Notes under the pieces: generated by a model
Seen by the model: the letters and a program-made list of their open reading frames with translations, nothing else
What the model was told of the DNA's origin: nothing
Database searches by the model: none
Shown here: one piece after another, positions 17,929 to 27,867 of the stretch
How positions within the stretch are numbered: the stretch's first letter is position 1
Layout of the letters: every line of letters starts with the position of its first letter
Source of the DNA: Candidatus Thorarchaeota archaeon
GTDB taxonomy: Archaea; Asgardarchaeota; Heimdallarchaeia; Hodarchaeales; Hodarchaeaceae
Length of the DNA stretch: 32,000 nt
Reading direction: 5' to 3'
Assembly: GCA_048882505.1 (NCBI GenBank)
Contig: JBHLRO010000013.1
Location: forward strand, 1 to 32,000
Made by a program: the position numbers and the translations under genes

Positions 17929-17951
17929 AAAACTCATCATCTGAGGCGAGT

Positions 17952-19661
17952 TCAGATTACTAAAAAGAATAATGAGAAAGTAGAATAAGCTACAAGCCCA
18001 GATATTACATTAAACACAATAACCGCAGATAGTCCCCAATGTAATCTTACGAGAGGGCTGATAAAAGCAAGAACGCCGAAAACAATTAAACCATAGAAGA
18101 TCAAGGTAATTTCGAGCATCCATAAGTACAGAATAAACATTAAACCAAAAAAAACCACTATTTTGGTAAACAGGTATGTCAAAACCTGAAAAGTATACAT
18201 CTGGCGTCTCGACCAAGAGGGTCGGTACCTACGGATAGACGTATATAGTATCTCCCAAAAAAATATGGCGTCAAAGCTTAAAACTAGTCCTATTGTTACT
18301 AAAACGCTCCATAGAGCCAATGCTGTTGAGGAATTGACAAATGGAACCCAAGGATGGTCCAAAAAAAGGAGAAAGGTAGTGTAAAGAGTGAAGATTACTG
18401 CGAATATTAGGATGCCATGAATTACCAATTTTTGAACATAATTTGAATTCCAAAATCTGTCTGCGATCAAAGAGGGAGTATGGGTTGCTATAAGACCCGC
18501 AATAATTATTCCCCCTGTTAACGTTGTACCCATAAAAATCGCAATGATAGTGGAATAATAAGTTGGAATCATTAAGGACACCAATACGGAACCTCCCCGA
18601 CCTATGACATATGTACCTAATAATACTAAGAGCAGCCTAATCGTTCCATTGAATTGAGGTTTCACGATACTTAATTTTATACGACTTGCAATGTAGTCAT
18701 CAATATAGGGAAAAAATGATAGGATTCCCATAGTTATACTTAGACCGCCGCTCAGCAGCAGGACCCATGCAAAAACAATCAGATAATAAGGCAGAGAAGA
18801 TCCAAGAACCCTGGTTCCACCATTTTTGAAAACGGACTTGAGAAAAAGTGTCGTCTCTAGTTTAACTGCATCCGCTGCCAAATTATGCCCTTGACCTGAA
18901 AAGATCACTAGGCTCTTGTTATTAGTTGGGGTTCTCGCGTAAAGATCCATTGCGTGTTGGACGGGTACAATGGCATCGCTTTCCCCATGAAGAACCAATA
19001 GACTAGATATGTTGTCCAAGTATGACATTGGGTTACGGATTGCGATTTCAGTGGCATTTTCGGGATCAATTAGAACATGGGGCCTAAAATTTACGCGTTC
19101 TTGCCATCTAAAATCCCGTTTTAAGAGCCAGGCCGAGATATTCGCAGGTGTAGAAGAAGCTACGGTGGCCCTAATTCGATTATCAGTTTCTGCCACAAGC
19201 AAACTAATTACGCCTCCAAACGAGGATCCCCAAGTCGCTAAAGCACTGGAATTCACCAAAATCGTTCTGGATTCCAAGTAATCGATAGCGACTCTACCAT
19301 CCTGCTGATCCAAAAGTCCCAGATCTGCAATCCCCTGGGATTCGCCATGTCCCCGAAGATCTGGAGCTAGGACAACAAATCCTGCCTCTGCAAATCCCAA
19401 ACAAATAGGAATTAGATTTTCCTTTGAACCTCCCCAGCCATGGTATGCCAGGATTGCAGGTCTCGGTCGGGGTTCCTGGGTGTGACTCGGAGTAAACAAT
19501 AGAGCTGAGAGTTTTATCTTCCCGCTAACTAATTCTAATTTTTCGATATTGACCTGAACTAAATTAAAGGTACCATAACTGCTTAAGATGCTGCTTCCTA
19601 TAAGAATAAAGCCCAGGATGAAAAAAATATAAGGCGCACTATTTTTCGGAAGCTTTCTCAT
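17952..19661 (-). CDS. Membrane-anchored alpha/beta hydrolase with a polytopic C-terminal membrane domain
   Basis: N-terminal TM, HGWGG, DLRGHGES, nucleophile elbow WGSSFGG, HGESDAIVP, GHNL; about 8 hydrophobic segments after the catalytic domain. Confidence 0.85.
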   Translation of the reverse strand: MRKLPKNSAPYIFFILGFILIGSSILSSYGTFNLVQVNIEKLELVSGKIKLSALLFTPSHTQEPRPRPAILAYHGWGGSKENLIPICLGFAEAGFVVLAPDLRGHGESQGIADLGLLDQQDGRVAIDYLESRTILVNSSALATWGSSFGGVISLLVAETDNRIRATVASSTPANISAWLLKRDFRWQERVNFRPHVLIDPENATEIAIRNPMSYLDNISSLLVLHGESDAIVPVQHAMDLYARTPTNNKSLVIFSGQGHNLAADAVKLETTLFLKSVFKNGGTRVLGSSLPYYLIVFAWVLLLSGGLSITMGILSFFPYIDDYIASRIKLSIVKPQFNGTIRLLLVLLGTYVIGRGGSVLVSLMIPTYYSTIIAIFMGTTLTGGIIIAGLIATHTPSLIADRFWNSNYVQKLVIHGILIFAVIFTLYTTFLLFLDHPWVPFVNSSTALALWSVLVTIGLVLSFDAIFFWEILYTSIRRYRPSWSRRQMYTFQVLTYLFTKIVVFFGLMFILYLWMLEITLIFYGLIVFGVLAFISPLVRLHWGLSAVIVFNVISGLVAYSTFSLFFLVI

Positions 19662-19777
19662 TTCTGATTACTCTTCCAAAGCCAAATCTTTGATGGTTTC
19701 ATCATATTGTATCAAGGGACTTTTCGTATTTATGATAGGTGTCTCTGCTCCAGAATTTTCAGGAAGCGAAATCCAGA

Positions 19778-20761
19778 TCAGAGTTGTTCATCTAGCCAAT
19801 CTAGAAATGCTTTGGAAACTTCCCCTTGTGAATGAACCTGCGGTGGCTGAAATTCGGAGTCAGTGTCACGCGGTTTCTGGATCGATTGCGGAACTGTTAC
19901 CAACCATTCATCAAATGATTTAGCTAATCCCTTTCGATGCTTACGTTTCTCCCATTCATCGACAATTTTCTTCTTCTGCAATAGCCACCGCGGAGGTGTC
20001 AGAATCTCCCTGATACCCTCCATAGTACGGAGCTTGGGGACATCCTGGGGAGGAATTCCATATCCTTTTGACAATCGTCTTATCGAGTTCATGATAACAT
20101 CTGTTGCTGATCGTAAAGCGTAGGGATCATATACGTCCTTACGGTCATACATATGTAGAAAGATGGGATCACCGACAATAAGATCGACTCTCTTTCCTGG
20201 ACGAGGCCAATTACCTCCATATGGGAGTAATCCATCTGTACCAATGATACCAACGGGAACCACGGGAGATTCAGTTTCAAATGCAAAACGCGCAACGCCC
20301 ACTTTCCCATCCAATGCTTTCCTTGAATAGCGGATGTGACCTTCGGGGAAGATACCGAGAACCTGACCATGAGCTAGTATTTGAATACCTTTTTCAATCG
20401 CTAGACGGTTCTTTCCCCTGCTTCCCTTCTCTAAAACGGGGATAACGCCAAAATAATCCATCATACGGCCCCAAAAGCGATTCCGCCACAATGCACTTTT
20501 TTTTCCCAAAAAATAGATTCGATTTTTTAATTCAGGGGGAACTGCCAATCCAAGCAGAAATGCGTCAATCACGGATTCATGATTACCTGCGAAAATAACA
20601 CCACCCCGCAATTCGTCAAGCCTATCCGTGAGCTTATATTGTCCTTCTATCCCCAATCGATAGCCAAATCTTGCAGAAAACTTTACAAAATTACGGATCA
20701 ACCCATATTGCAGATCGGGAATTTCCGTTGGAAGATCGTCTTGGGGGGCATTGGGAACCAT
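19778..20761 (-). CDS. Lysophospholipid/1-acyl-glycerol-3-phosphate acyltransferase (PlsC family)
   Basis: NHESVID (HX4D) block I, FPEG block III, PVVPVGI block IV. ATG 20761 preferred; the ORF track starts at TTG 20866. Confidence 0.87.
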   Translation of the reverse strand: MVPNAPQDDLPTEIPDLQYGLIRNFVKFSARFGYRLGIEGQYKLTDRLDELRGGVIFAGNHESVIDAFLLGLAVPPELKNRIYFLGKKSALWRNRFWGRMMDYFGVIPVLEKGSRGKNRLAIEKGIQILAHGQVLGIFPEGHIRYSRKALDGKVGVARFAFETESPVVPVGIIGTDGLLPYGGNWPRPGKRVDLIVGDPIFLHMYDRKDVYDPYALRSATDVIMNSIRRLSKGYGIPPQDVPKLRTMEGIREILTPPRWLLQKKKIVDEWEKRKHRKGLAKSFDEWLVTVPQSIQKPRDTDSEFQPPQVHSQGEVSKAFLDWLDEQL

Positions 20762-20893
20762 TGGGGATACTCCCGAGGTAGATAAAATGTTACAACGGAG
20801 AATGTTAAAAGTATTTCTTTTATGCCACTTGTATCTGGGGAGACGTCTATATGTTATTTCGGCCAAAGCATGGAATTTATGACAACTTCTTGA

Positions 20894-21463
20894 TTATTCC
20901 TTAGTTTTTATACCTTTGACCGTAGTTATATCTTCATACACAGGTCCTTTTGGAGTTAAAGTACTCTTTTTTAATATTACGGCATCTATTATTTGATTTC
21001 CAAACGATGTACCTTGGTTGTCCTGAATTAGGGTATGAATGGTTTGTTTCTCAGAGGAACCAAGTTTCTTCACACGTGCTAGCGTTAGGTGCGGAGAGAA
21101 AGGCCTCTTCTCTCGTGGGAAACCTAACGTATCAATCGCTGCTCGAACTTGGTTAGCAAGATTCGTTAGATCAGACTGACCTACTTGGATCCCTATCCAC
21201 ACAACACGGATATAGTTTAAATTCGGAAAGCAACCCAATCCGTTTAACGAAATGGAAAATGGAGTAAATTCAACTTTGCCAAGTCCAGATTTTATTGAAG
21301 ATATTGACTCATCCGGGGTCTCACCTATGAATTTTAGGGTGATGTGAAGTTGATTCGGTTTAACGGGCTTAACTCCCGGTAACGACAATTGGCGAAGGAT
21401 CTGACCAACCTCTTTTAGGATAGATAGTTCGGTAACTTCGACGCAGATAAATAATCTAGGCAA
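20894..21463 (-). CDS. thpR: RNA 2',3'-cyclic phosphodiesterase (2H phosphoesterase, LigT-like)
   Basis: MPRLFICVEV start, two HxT motifs (LHITLKFIG, PHLTLAR), terminal TPKGPVYE; TTG start with GGTGGTG SD. Confidence 0.9.
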   Translation of the reverse strand: MPRLFICVEVTELSILKEVGQILRQLSLPGVKPVKPNQLHITLKFIGETPDESISSIKSGLGKVEFTPFSISLNGLGCFPNLNYIRVVWIGIQVGQSDLTNLANQVRAAIDTLGFPREKRPFSPHLTLARVKKLGSSEKQTIHTLIQDNQGTSFGNQIIDAVILKKSTLTPKGPVYEDITTVKGIKTKE

Positions 21464-21583
21464 TTTAGATACACCACCTGTGATTTCTAAGAGCCAACAC
21501 CGAGTTAATCTTCCAAGTGTGCCATTCTATTCCTGATTCTTGGCCGAAATATCCTGCATTCTCTCGATTAATGCTTTGATGAT

Positions 21584-21599
21584 TAACTTTATAAAGTTA
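21584..21599. promoter_or_regulatory. 16-bp perfect palindrome containing TTTATAAA (candidate bidirectional TATA box)
   Basis: TAACTTTATAAAGTTA lies between divergent thpR and padR. Confidence 0.45.
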
Positions 21600-21609
21600 G
21601 TATGCTGCA

Positions 21610-21634
21610 CTATATATAGGCATACCATATATAG
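21610..21634. promoter_or_regulatory. 8-9-8 inverted repeat upstream of padR (candidate autoregulatory operator)
   Basis: CTATATAT-AGGCATACC-ATATATAG, overlapped by GTATGC-N14-GCATAC (21600-21625). Confidence 0.4.
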
Positions 21635-21677
21635 CCACATTGACATCTAAGCCCAAAGAGTCGAGATTGGACTTCTG

Positions 21678-22085
21678 ATGCGAGACACAGAAAAAGGCAG
21701 AGAATCCAACCAACCAAGGAAAAAATCAACGCTAATGTCGCATTGGGAACGTGATTTCCGTCGAGGGGTTTTGCAACTAATGATATTACTGTTGGTTAGG
21801 CTTAATACAGAAGAAGCCCATGGTTACGGCCTTATCAAGATTATTCGAGATACGGGTGTTCCGTTGAAGGCGGGCACAATCTATCCATTATTAAAACGGT
21901 TAGAAAACGATGGTTTGATCCAATCAATACTGGCAGATGATTTGGAACATCCTGGACAACCACGTCGTATCTATACAATGACTCAGCTTGGTGAGGAAGT
22001 GATATACGACATGATGGAAATATATAGGGATTATAACAATTCAATCAAGATATGGTTTGATGAAATTAAAAAATCTGAAAGATAA
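21678..22085 (+). CDS. PadR-family transcriptional regulator
   Basis: RRGVLQLMILLLV...HGYGLIK...AGTIYPLLKRLENDGLI...PRRIYTMTQLG. Alternative start at ATG 21735. Confidence 0.92.
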   Translation: MRDTEKGRESNQPRKKSTLMSHWERDFRRGVLQLMILLLVRLNTEEAHGYGLIKIIRDTGVPLKAGTIYPLLKRLENDGLIQSILADDLEHPGQPRRIYTMTQLGEEVIYDMMEIYRDYNNSIKIWFDEIKKSER

Positions 22086-22095
22086 GAGGAGATAA

Positions 22096-24204
22096 TTGGA
22101 TTTGAAATCGTTCAATCGGGACGCTAAACAGCTAATAAGGAGTTATATCGATAGCGTCGAAGAATATCTTACCTCAAAAACACGCCTTCATCCCAATGAA
22201 GTTGATAGTCTTCTAAGTGAGATAAATGATTTTCTTTACCTTAGGAGTAGTGAAATCGCAACAGATCCAGATGATAGGGTATTTTTCACGGACGCGATCA
22301 AAGCGATCGAGGAATGCGGGTCTCCCTCTGAAATTGGTGATTTCCTGAGCTCCGATGATCGTGAACCATCCCAAATAGAATCAGAATTTCTGAAGTCGCG
22401 TCAATCATCCGAGCGTACATATGAAAAAGCCAAAGAATTCGAATCCGCAACCATGAAGGAATCCGCAGATAATATTAAATCAGAAGATAGAACCCAAATT
22501 GAAGGTGACTTTTTTGAAGGATTTGTAGGATCGTATTCGCGTTTTAAGGTTTTCGGAGTCTATCGTGTCTTTACTTTATTTCTGGCCTTTTTCTTAGTTG
22601 TGGGACTACTTTCCTACTATTATTATCAGTTAGGTCATGTTTCACCCTTTGCAATCAATTACCTTGTGTTTTTTGCGCCTATATCTCTTATTTGGGAAGC
22701 GGTGGTCATCAACGGTTGGAAGGACAGACTCGTTATGAAAGGATTTGAACGTAAAAACGATGATTTTGTTGTCCTGTGGTTGTTTAGACTAACTCTCCTT
22801 GCTGCCCTCCTTAAGGTCTCCTATTTCTTTCATATCATATATATCTGGCTTATTCCTATAACTATTATGCTTTTTGCGTTTATTGAAAGACAGCTCCGAT
22901 CTGATCTATGGAAAACGAAATTATCCCCATTCTTCGGTTACTTAGCTAATAAAATTTCGCAGGAAGACTCGGGTGACGAAAGAGTTCAAGATTGGCAGTC
23001 TTGGGCAGCCAATATCCTCCCCAAAACTTTACTTGGGAGAATTGTCATAGGGATTCTTTCTCTAATCCTTTTATTGGATTTCATGGGTTTAGGTATAGTG
23101 AATTACAATATTAATTCCTTTTTCGGAATAAACGGAGGACGAACTATTGCTAGTGGGTTTGGTATCTTAATAGGTGTATTCTCGCTGGGAACTCACAGGT
23201 TTCGAAATGTTATTACTGGTCAGATTGAAGCAATTACCATCGTAGAGAAGAATTTCGTAATTTGGCTGATGAGATTGATATTGATGCGTCAATTGGTTAC
23301 TAGGATTATGGATCCTGGAATAAGCTATCTTTTACTTTTCGTCATGGCTGGGGAGATATTGGCAGAAACATATGGTGGAACTCTTTTCCGGTTATTCCTA
23401 ATCTCGCTATTCACGCGGTTAGCCTTTGGCAGACCGGAGACCACCTCGGTACCTTTGTTAGAATCTCGAATATTAACTGAAGCCCCGTCAGCTAACGATA
23501 ATCAAAATCAAGGATTTTCCAGGAACCAGATCCAAAGTACATCAGCGGTAAGATCCCCAGTGAAAGATATCCAAGATCAGAGTTCTTCTTTGCCCAGTCA
23601 ACCCAATGAAGCGGATTTTGTGGAGAAGAGGAGGTCTAGATCAAGAAACAGCTTATCCCTTTTTGTAAGCGCCATAATAACAACGCTTTTCATTCTTCTC
23701 GCATCGTTCTATGAGGTTATTCTAGCTACCATCATTATCTTGACGAATTTTAACCCAGATGGTGCTTATACCATAAACGAGCTAGAATTTGGAATTCCTC
23801 TGTCTTCACCACCCAGGACCATCGTAATAGATGGCATAACGATTTGGATATGGTACGGACTCTTTTTATTGGGTTTACAGCTCTTTCTTCAAACGTTGTT
23901 GGACTCCTATGGGGCCGTAAGGGGCCAGCAAGAGGGGTTTATTGTAAAAGCAAGCAGGAATTTTAGTCGATTCTGGCTATTGTTGGTATTTGCTGGAGTA
24001 GGATATCGTGCATTATTCTTTTTCAATTCCTACACCCTTATTCAGGGGCTTGTTGCTTGTGTTCTCTTTATATTTTCCGAAATCACAGCGTGGAGGAGTC
24101 GAGTAGAACGACGGAAGCTCTTTTTTGATCCTCCCGTCTCGCAATCAACAGGAGAACCCCCTCACAACAAATCACTGTTAAACCAGCCAGGTCGAATGAA
24201 CTAG
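22096..24204 (+). CDS. Polytopic membrane protein with N-terminal HAAS (DUF1700-like) domain
   Basis: N-terminal IRSYIDSVEEYL...EVDSLLSEINDFL...AIEECGSPSEI; about 12 TM segments in blocks; TTG start with AGGAG SD, 10 bp after padR. Confidence 0.75.
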   Translation: MDLKSFNRDAKQLIRSYIDSVEEYLTSKTRLHPNEVDSLLSEINDFLYLRSSEIATDPDDRVFFTDAIKAIEECGSPSEIGDFLSSDDREPSQIESEFLKSRQSSERTYEKAKEFESATMKESADNIKSEDRTQIEGDFFEGFVGSYSRFKVFGVYRVFTLFLAFFLVVGLLSYYYYQLGHVSPFAINYLVFFAPISLIWEAVVINGWKDRLVMKGFERKNDDFVVLWLFRLTLLAALLKVSYFFHIIYIWLIPITIMLFAFIERQLRSDLWKTKLSPFFGYLANKISQEDSGDERVQDWQSWAANILPKTLLGRIVIGILSLILLLDFMGLGIVNYNINSFFGINGGRTIASGFGILIGVFSLGTHRFRNVITGQIEAITIVEKNFVIWLMRLILMRQLVTRIMDPGISYLLLFVMAGEILAETYGGTLFRLFLISLFTRLAFGRPETTSVPLLESRILTEAPSANDNQNQGFSRNQIQSTSAVRSPVKDIQDQSSSLPSQPNEADFVEKRRSRSRNSLSLFVSAIITTLFILLASFYEVILATIIILTNFNPDGAYTINELEFGIPLSSPPRTIVIDGITIWIWYGLFLLGLQLFLQTLLDSYGAVRGQQEGFIVKASRNFSRFWLLLVFAGVGYRALFFFNSYTLIQGLVACVLFIFSEITAWRSRVERRKLFFDPPVSQSTGEPPHNKSLLNQPGRMN

Positions 24205-24220
24205 GGTAATCATGTGATAT

Positions 24221-25039
24221 TTAGGCCTTTGTGTCAAGAATTCCTCTTATTGTCATCCAAAACTGCGTAGGATTCTCTAGATGCATGAAATGTCCAGTTT
24301 CTGGAACATAATATATCGGGAACCCCGACTCTTGAACTCGCTGCTCCGAGGTAAAGCGGCCTTTGCTCCTTTCACCATATACAAACCTAATCTTGACTTT
24401 TGTTGCTTGAATTCTCGAAAGAAGGGTTCCCTCTTTTGATACAGATGCTAAATCGCGACTGGAGGCCCATAACACAAAAGGCCCCACAGCCTGCATATTT
24501 GCAGGATCTAATGGAGGATATTTTTTTAGGAAGTCATCGAATCCGGCCTCGAATTCCGAAAGAGAATAATTTGCTATTTTTGAAGACACAAAAGCATCAT
24601 TGTAGTCTAAGTTACCTTCCACATAAAGAAGGAGCCGGGGAACCCCTGGAAATGATCTGTATAATAGGAGTTCCAGTAATGAAACAGCAATAGGTCCCCC
24701 CATAGAATGAGCCATGATCACAAGCTTTGAAACATCAATATTTTCCGCTAGAAGTAGGCGTTCGAGATTAGCGGCTTGTTGATCCATTCTATAGGCCTGT
24801 GAATCTCGGGGTTTTGAGGAGGTTCCGTACCCCATTAGATCAGGAACCAACCACCTATATTGGGCTAGATTAAATTGCTCATATTGACGTAATAGCCATT
24901 TCTTGTTTTGTCCAAGCCCATGAATGAAAAGAATTGTAAAATCACTACTTCTGTGTAGATCGGTTTTCATCTTTTCCGCCAGGTAATACGAGAGAGACCC
25001 ACCTCTAGTTTTTAGTGATTTCTCTTTAATAGCTGACAT
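24221..25039 (-). CDS. Alpha/beta fold hydrolase
   Basis: FIHGLG, PDLMGYGTS, AHSMGG nucleophile elbow, GHFMH. Confidence 0.88.
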   Translation of the reverse strand: MSAIKEKSLKTRGGSLSYYLAEKMKTDLHRSSDFTILFIHGLGQNKKWLLRQYEQFNLAQYRWLVPDLMGYGTSSKPRDSQAYRMDQQAANLERLLLAENIDVSKLVIMAHSMGGPIAVSLLELLLYRSFPGVPRLLLYVEGNLDYNDAFVSSKIANYSLSEFEAGFDDFLKKYPPLDPANMQAVGPFVLWASSRDLASVSKEGTLLSRIQATKVKIRFVYGERSKGRFTSEQRVQESGFPIYYVPETGHFMHLENPTQFWMTIRGILDTKA

Positions 25040-25353
25040 TACCCGCCGCAGCCAAATAAGCCACAGTGTATTTAAATCCTACCCAAGGGGACTTATGTTA
25101 AGTTGGAATTAACAATGACGAGTCTTTTTATGAATTTTTACGTTTCTCTTTTTGCACTCGTCACCGTGATCTTCTAATCTCATGTGGAGATTTGCCAGAA
25201 ATTCCAACTGATCGTTCCTGCTCGTCATTTTGCTGTCAAATCTTCACTAACCACACTTTGCTGTAACAGAGCTATCTATTGTAGCTATCCCCCATTTTTT
25301 TAGGTTTTGTACCATAATTTGGTGATTGAGAATGTTAGGTAAGAGCGAACGGT

Positions 25354-26613
25354 GTGAATGCCATGTTTGATCCTAAAAAAAACCATCAACGGAGTTATGA
25401 CTTCACATCAAAACAAATCCAAAGGAACATACGTATCTTTGAAATTACGGGAATTGATTTCACCGTTCTATTGGTTCCTGTGATTGTTCTCGTATGGACG
25501 GATGCCAGTCTCGAGTTTCATGAGATGTTGTTGCTCCAAGGAATCTTTGCCCTCCCTATATTGCTATTGGAGGTGTTTAGTGGATCTATTGCAGATTATT
25601 GGAGTCGAAAGAATAGCGTAACCCTCTTTCACGTTCTCTTTGGACTTGGGATATTTCTCTATGCCATCGGGGATAATTTCCTGATGTTTGCATTAGCAGA
25701 ACTACTTGCTGGTATCGGCGTCACGTTTCAAACGGGAAGTGCTACCGCCCTGCTATATGATTCCCTCAAGGTCCATCATCCTGAGCCAAACGGTGTTTTC
25801 GGGAAACTGGTTGCAAAAAGGATGACCATAATGTTCTTTTTCAGTGCCTTCGGCGCAATTGCAAGCGGTTTTGTTGGATCTTTCTTCATGATCCGCCTCC
25901 CCATCTATTTGGCGGTTCTGGGGCACTTTTTCTTTGCAGGATTAGTACTCTGGGGCTACACGGAACCTCCACGGTCGAAACCCTCCACTCCCAAGGCAGC
26001 TATTTCCTCTGCAATCACTTCATTGAAAAAAGCTAGCCTGCAACCGATTGTGCTTTTCTGGTTGTTATACATTGTGTTTGGGCGCGTCGGATTCTGGGCA
26101 GTTCAACACATACTAATAGAGGAATTCCTAATTGATGCGTTCGCAATGGGTCTGCTTCTAGCGCTATGGAATGGTATCGCGGCGCTAAGTTCGCTTTTTG
26201 TACGTTCTCGAGTTGAAGAGCTCGCCAATGGGACTGTATTCACGCTTGTGCTGGCAATAGAAACAGGATATTTTTCAGTACTGATCTTTCAGCCAATAGG
26301 CCTTGGAGGAATACTCCTAGCAAGCTGTCTTACTCAAATAACACGCGGTATACGCATGCCATTAATCCAATCGGTTGTGCAGCAAAATCTACAATCCGAA
26401 GAACGGGCAACCTTCAGTTCCCTAATGTCCTTTCTTGGCTCATTCCTATACTTCAGCTTCAGTGTGATAAATGATGCGATTGGGCTGTCTCGAACCTTAA
26501 CGCTTTGGAGCGGTTTCGCGTGCAGTGCAATATTGGTTCTTTGTTTCGTAATGTTGACAGCTAGGAATAATCAAAAGACCAAAGCATCTCATCCTGAGCC
26601 CGCTCTGGCATAG
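25354..26613 (+). CDS. MFS transporter
   Basis: LEVFSGSIADYWSRK motif A variant, GSATALLYDSL, RATFSSL; about 12 TM segments. Confidence 0.88.
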   Translation: MNAMFDPKKNHQRSYDFTSKQIQRNIRIFEITGIDFTVLLVPVIVLVWTDASLEFHEMLLLQGIFALPILLLEVFSGSIADYWSRKNSVTLFHVLFGLGIFLYAIGDNFLMFALAELLAGIGVTFQTGSATALLYDSLKVHHPEPNGVFGKLVAKRMTIMFFFSAFGAIASGFVGSFFMIRLPIYLAVLGHFFFAGLVLWGYTEPPRSKPSTPKAAISSAITSLKKASLQPIVLFWLLYIVFGRVGFWAVQHILIEEFLIDAFAMGLLLALWNGIAALSSLFVRSRVEELANGTVFTLVLAIETGYFSVLIFQPIGLGGILLASCLTQITRGIRMPLIQSVVQQNLQSEERATFSSLMSFLGSFLYFSFSVINDAIGLSRTLTLWSGFACSAILVLCFVMLTARNNQKTKASHPEPALA

Positions 26614-26706
26614 TAGACGCCTTTCACTTTCTCCATCCCCTTTTCCTTTTTTCCGTTCATCTCCAGATGGGATCGAACCTGAATCTAATATATCGCTCCC
26701 GAGAAT

Positions 26707-26946
26707 TTATAGCCCCAGTTCCTTTTTGATAAGTGTCTTAAGAATTTCTTTTTGGATTTTCTGCTGGTTTGGAATGTTTTTGTCACCGAGGATTTTCTTA
26801 CCAGCCTCAAGAACTTGTTGACGTGCGATATCCTTTACACCCGTTTCGTCAATAACTTCCTTCACCGCTACATTCAGCGTAGTACGCAATGCTTCTTTTG
26901 CTGTCCCTTTTACGGCACCTTTTGCTAGATCTCCGATTTTTTTCAT
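26707..26946 (-). CDS. Small Lys-rich amphipathic helical protein (79 aa)
   Basis: AGGAG SD upstream; no Cys or aromatic residues; helical K/A/E-rich pattern; family not recognised. Confidence 0.6.
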   Translation of the reverse strand: MKKIGDLAKGAVKGTAKEALRTTLNVAVKEVIDETGVKDIARQQVLEAGKKILGDKNIPNQQKIQKEILKTLIKKELGL

Positions 26947-27104
26947 TTTCCATTTCTCCTACATAACACAGAATGTCTTTATTATTCTAGTTTTGATTTT
27001 TCGTATTTGAGGTTTGCTATCGGCGCCCTGAGTGTAAATTTGGTGAATCTGGATCCCATCCCGTCCGAATTCTCGGCACCAAGGAATGAAAAATGATCCG
27101 AGTT

Positions 27105-27638
27105 TTAAATATACGTAAGTTCGCTATCACGATGACGGAGAAGAATATATTCAGGATTATAAACATCCTCGGGAGAGGGTACGTATCTATCTTCATGGAA
27201 GCCATAAGGAAAGAGGGCATTAAGCCCCTGAACAACCAAACGGCCAACTGGGTGACGAGTATCGAACATGGCAAGGGATATCGAACGGGTCAATTGCCTA
27301 GTCTTAGACTCGTTATATACCCCTGTTGCGTGAATGTATTCATGTAAGAGAAGGTGGAAAAGGTAGGCCTTGTAAAAATCGTCAGGAGATTCGCCCTTCA
27401 TCACACGTAAAGCCGATTTATTTAGATAAATTTCATTCGTCCCCACCTTGTGGAATCCGCCCACAAAACGCCCCCGGTCATAACCTAATTCGAGAAGTCC
27501 TAACATAATGCCCGCTCTTGATTTCTTTAGAACGGTAGCAACAATGTCCGTTACTAATCTGAATAGACTTGAATAATCGTTAGAGGACAGATCATCGTAT
27601 CTACGCCGAAAAACTAGGAGCTCTTGTTCGAATTTCAT
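27105..27638 (-). CDS. Small HEXXH zinc-metalloprotease-like protein
   Basis: LLHEYIHATGVYNE motif preceded by FVGGFH...IYLN strands; no signal peptide. Confidence 0.72.
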   Translation of the reverse strand: MKFEQELLVFRRRYDDLSSNDYSSLFRLVTDIVATVLKKSRAGIMLGLLELGYDRGRFVGGFHKVGTNEIYLNKSALRVMKGESPDDFYKAYLFHLLLHEYIHATGVYNESKTRQLTRSISLAMFDTRHPVGRLVVQGLNALFPYGFHEDRYVPSPEDVYNPEYILLRHRDSELTYI

Positions 27639-27867
27639 TGGCTATCCCGAGAAACAGGAGTAGTTCCACCTTTATTAATGACTATGTTTCGGGAATCGCT
27701 TCTGAAAAGGAAGTTACATAGAATTGCCTATTTTGGTTCCCGTCCAATCAGATTGTTGCTACCCATAGTCGAATTTGAAAAAATATCTCCGTGTGTTCCG
27801 GTGATCCCCCTCATTTAAAAAAGGGTGAAAAATTGGATGAAATACTTGATATGTGAATTGAGTTTTC

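Noticed and set aside
27635-27814. Minus-strand frame with one internal TAG whose final stop overlaps the HEXXH gene start (readthrough candidate)
   Set aside because: The translation is not protein-like and no pyrrolysine machinery is in view; chance is sufficient.
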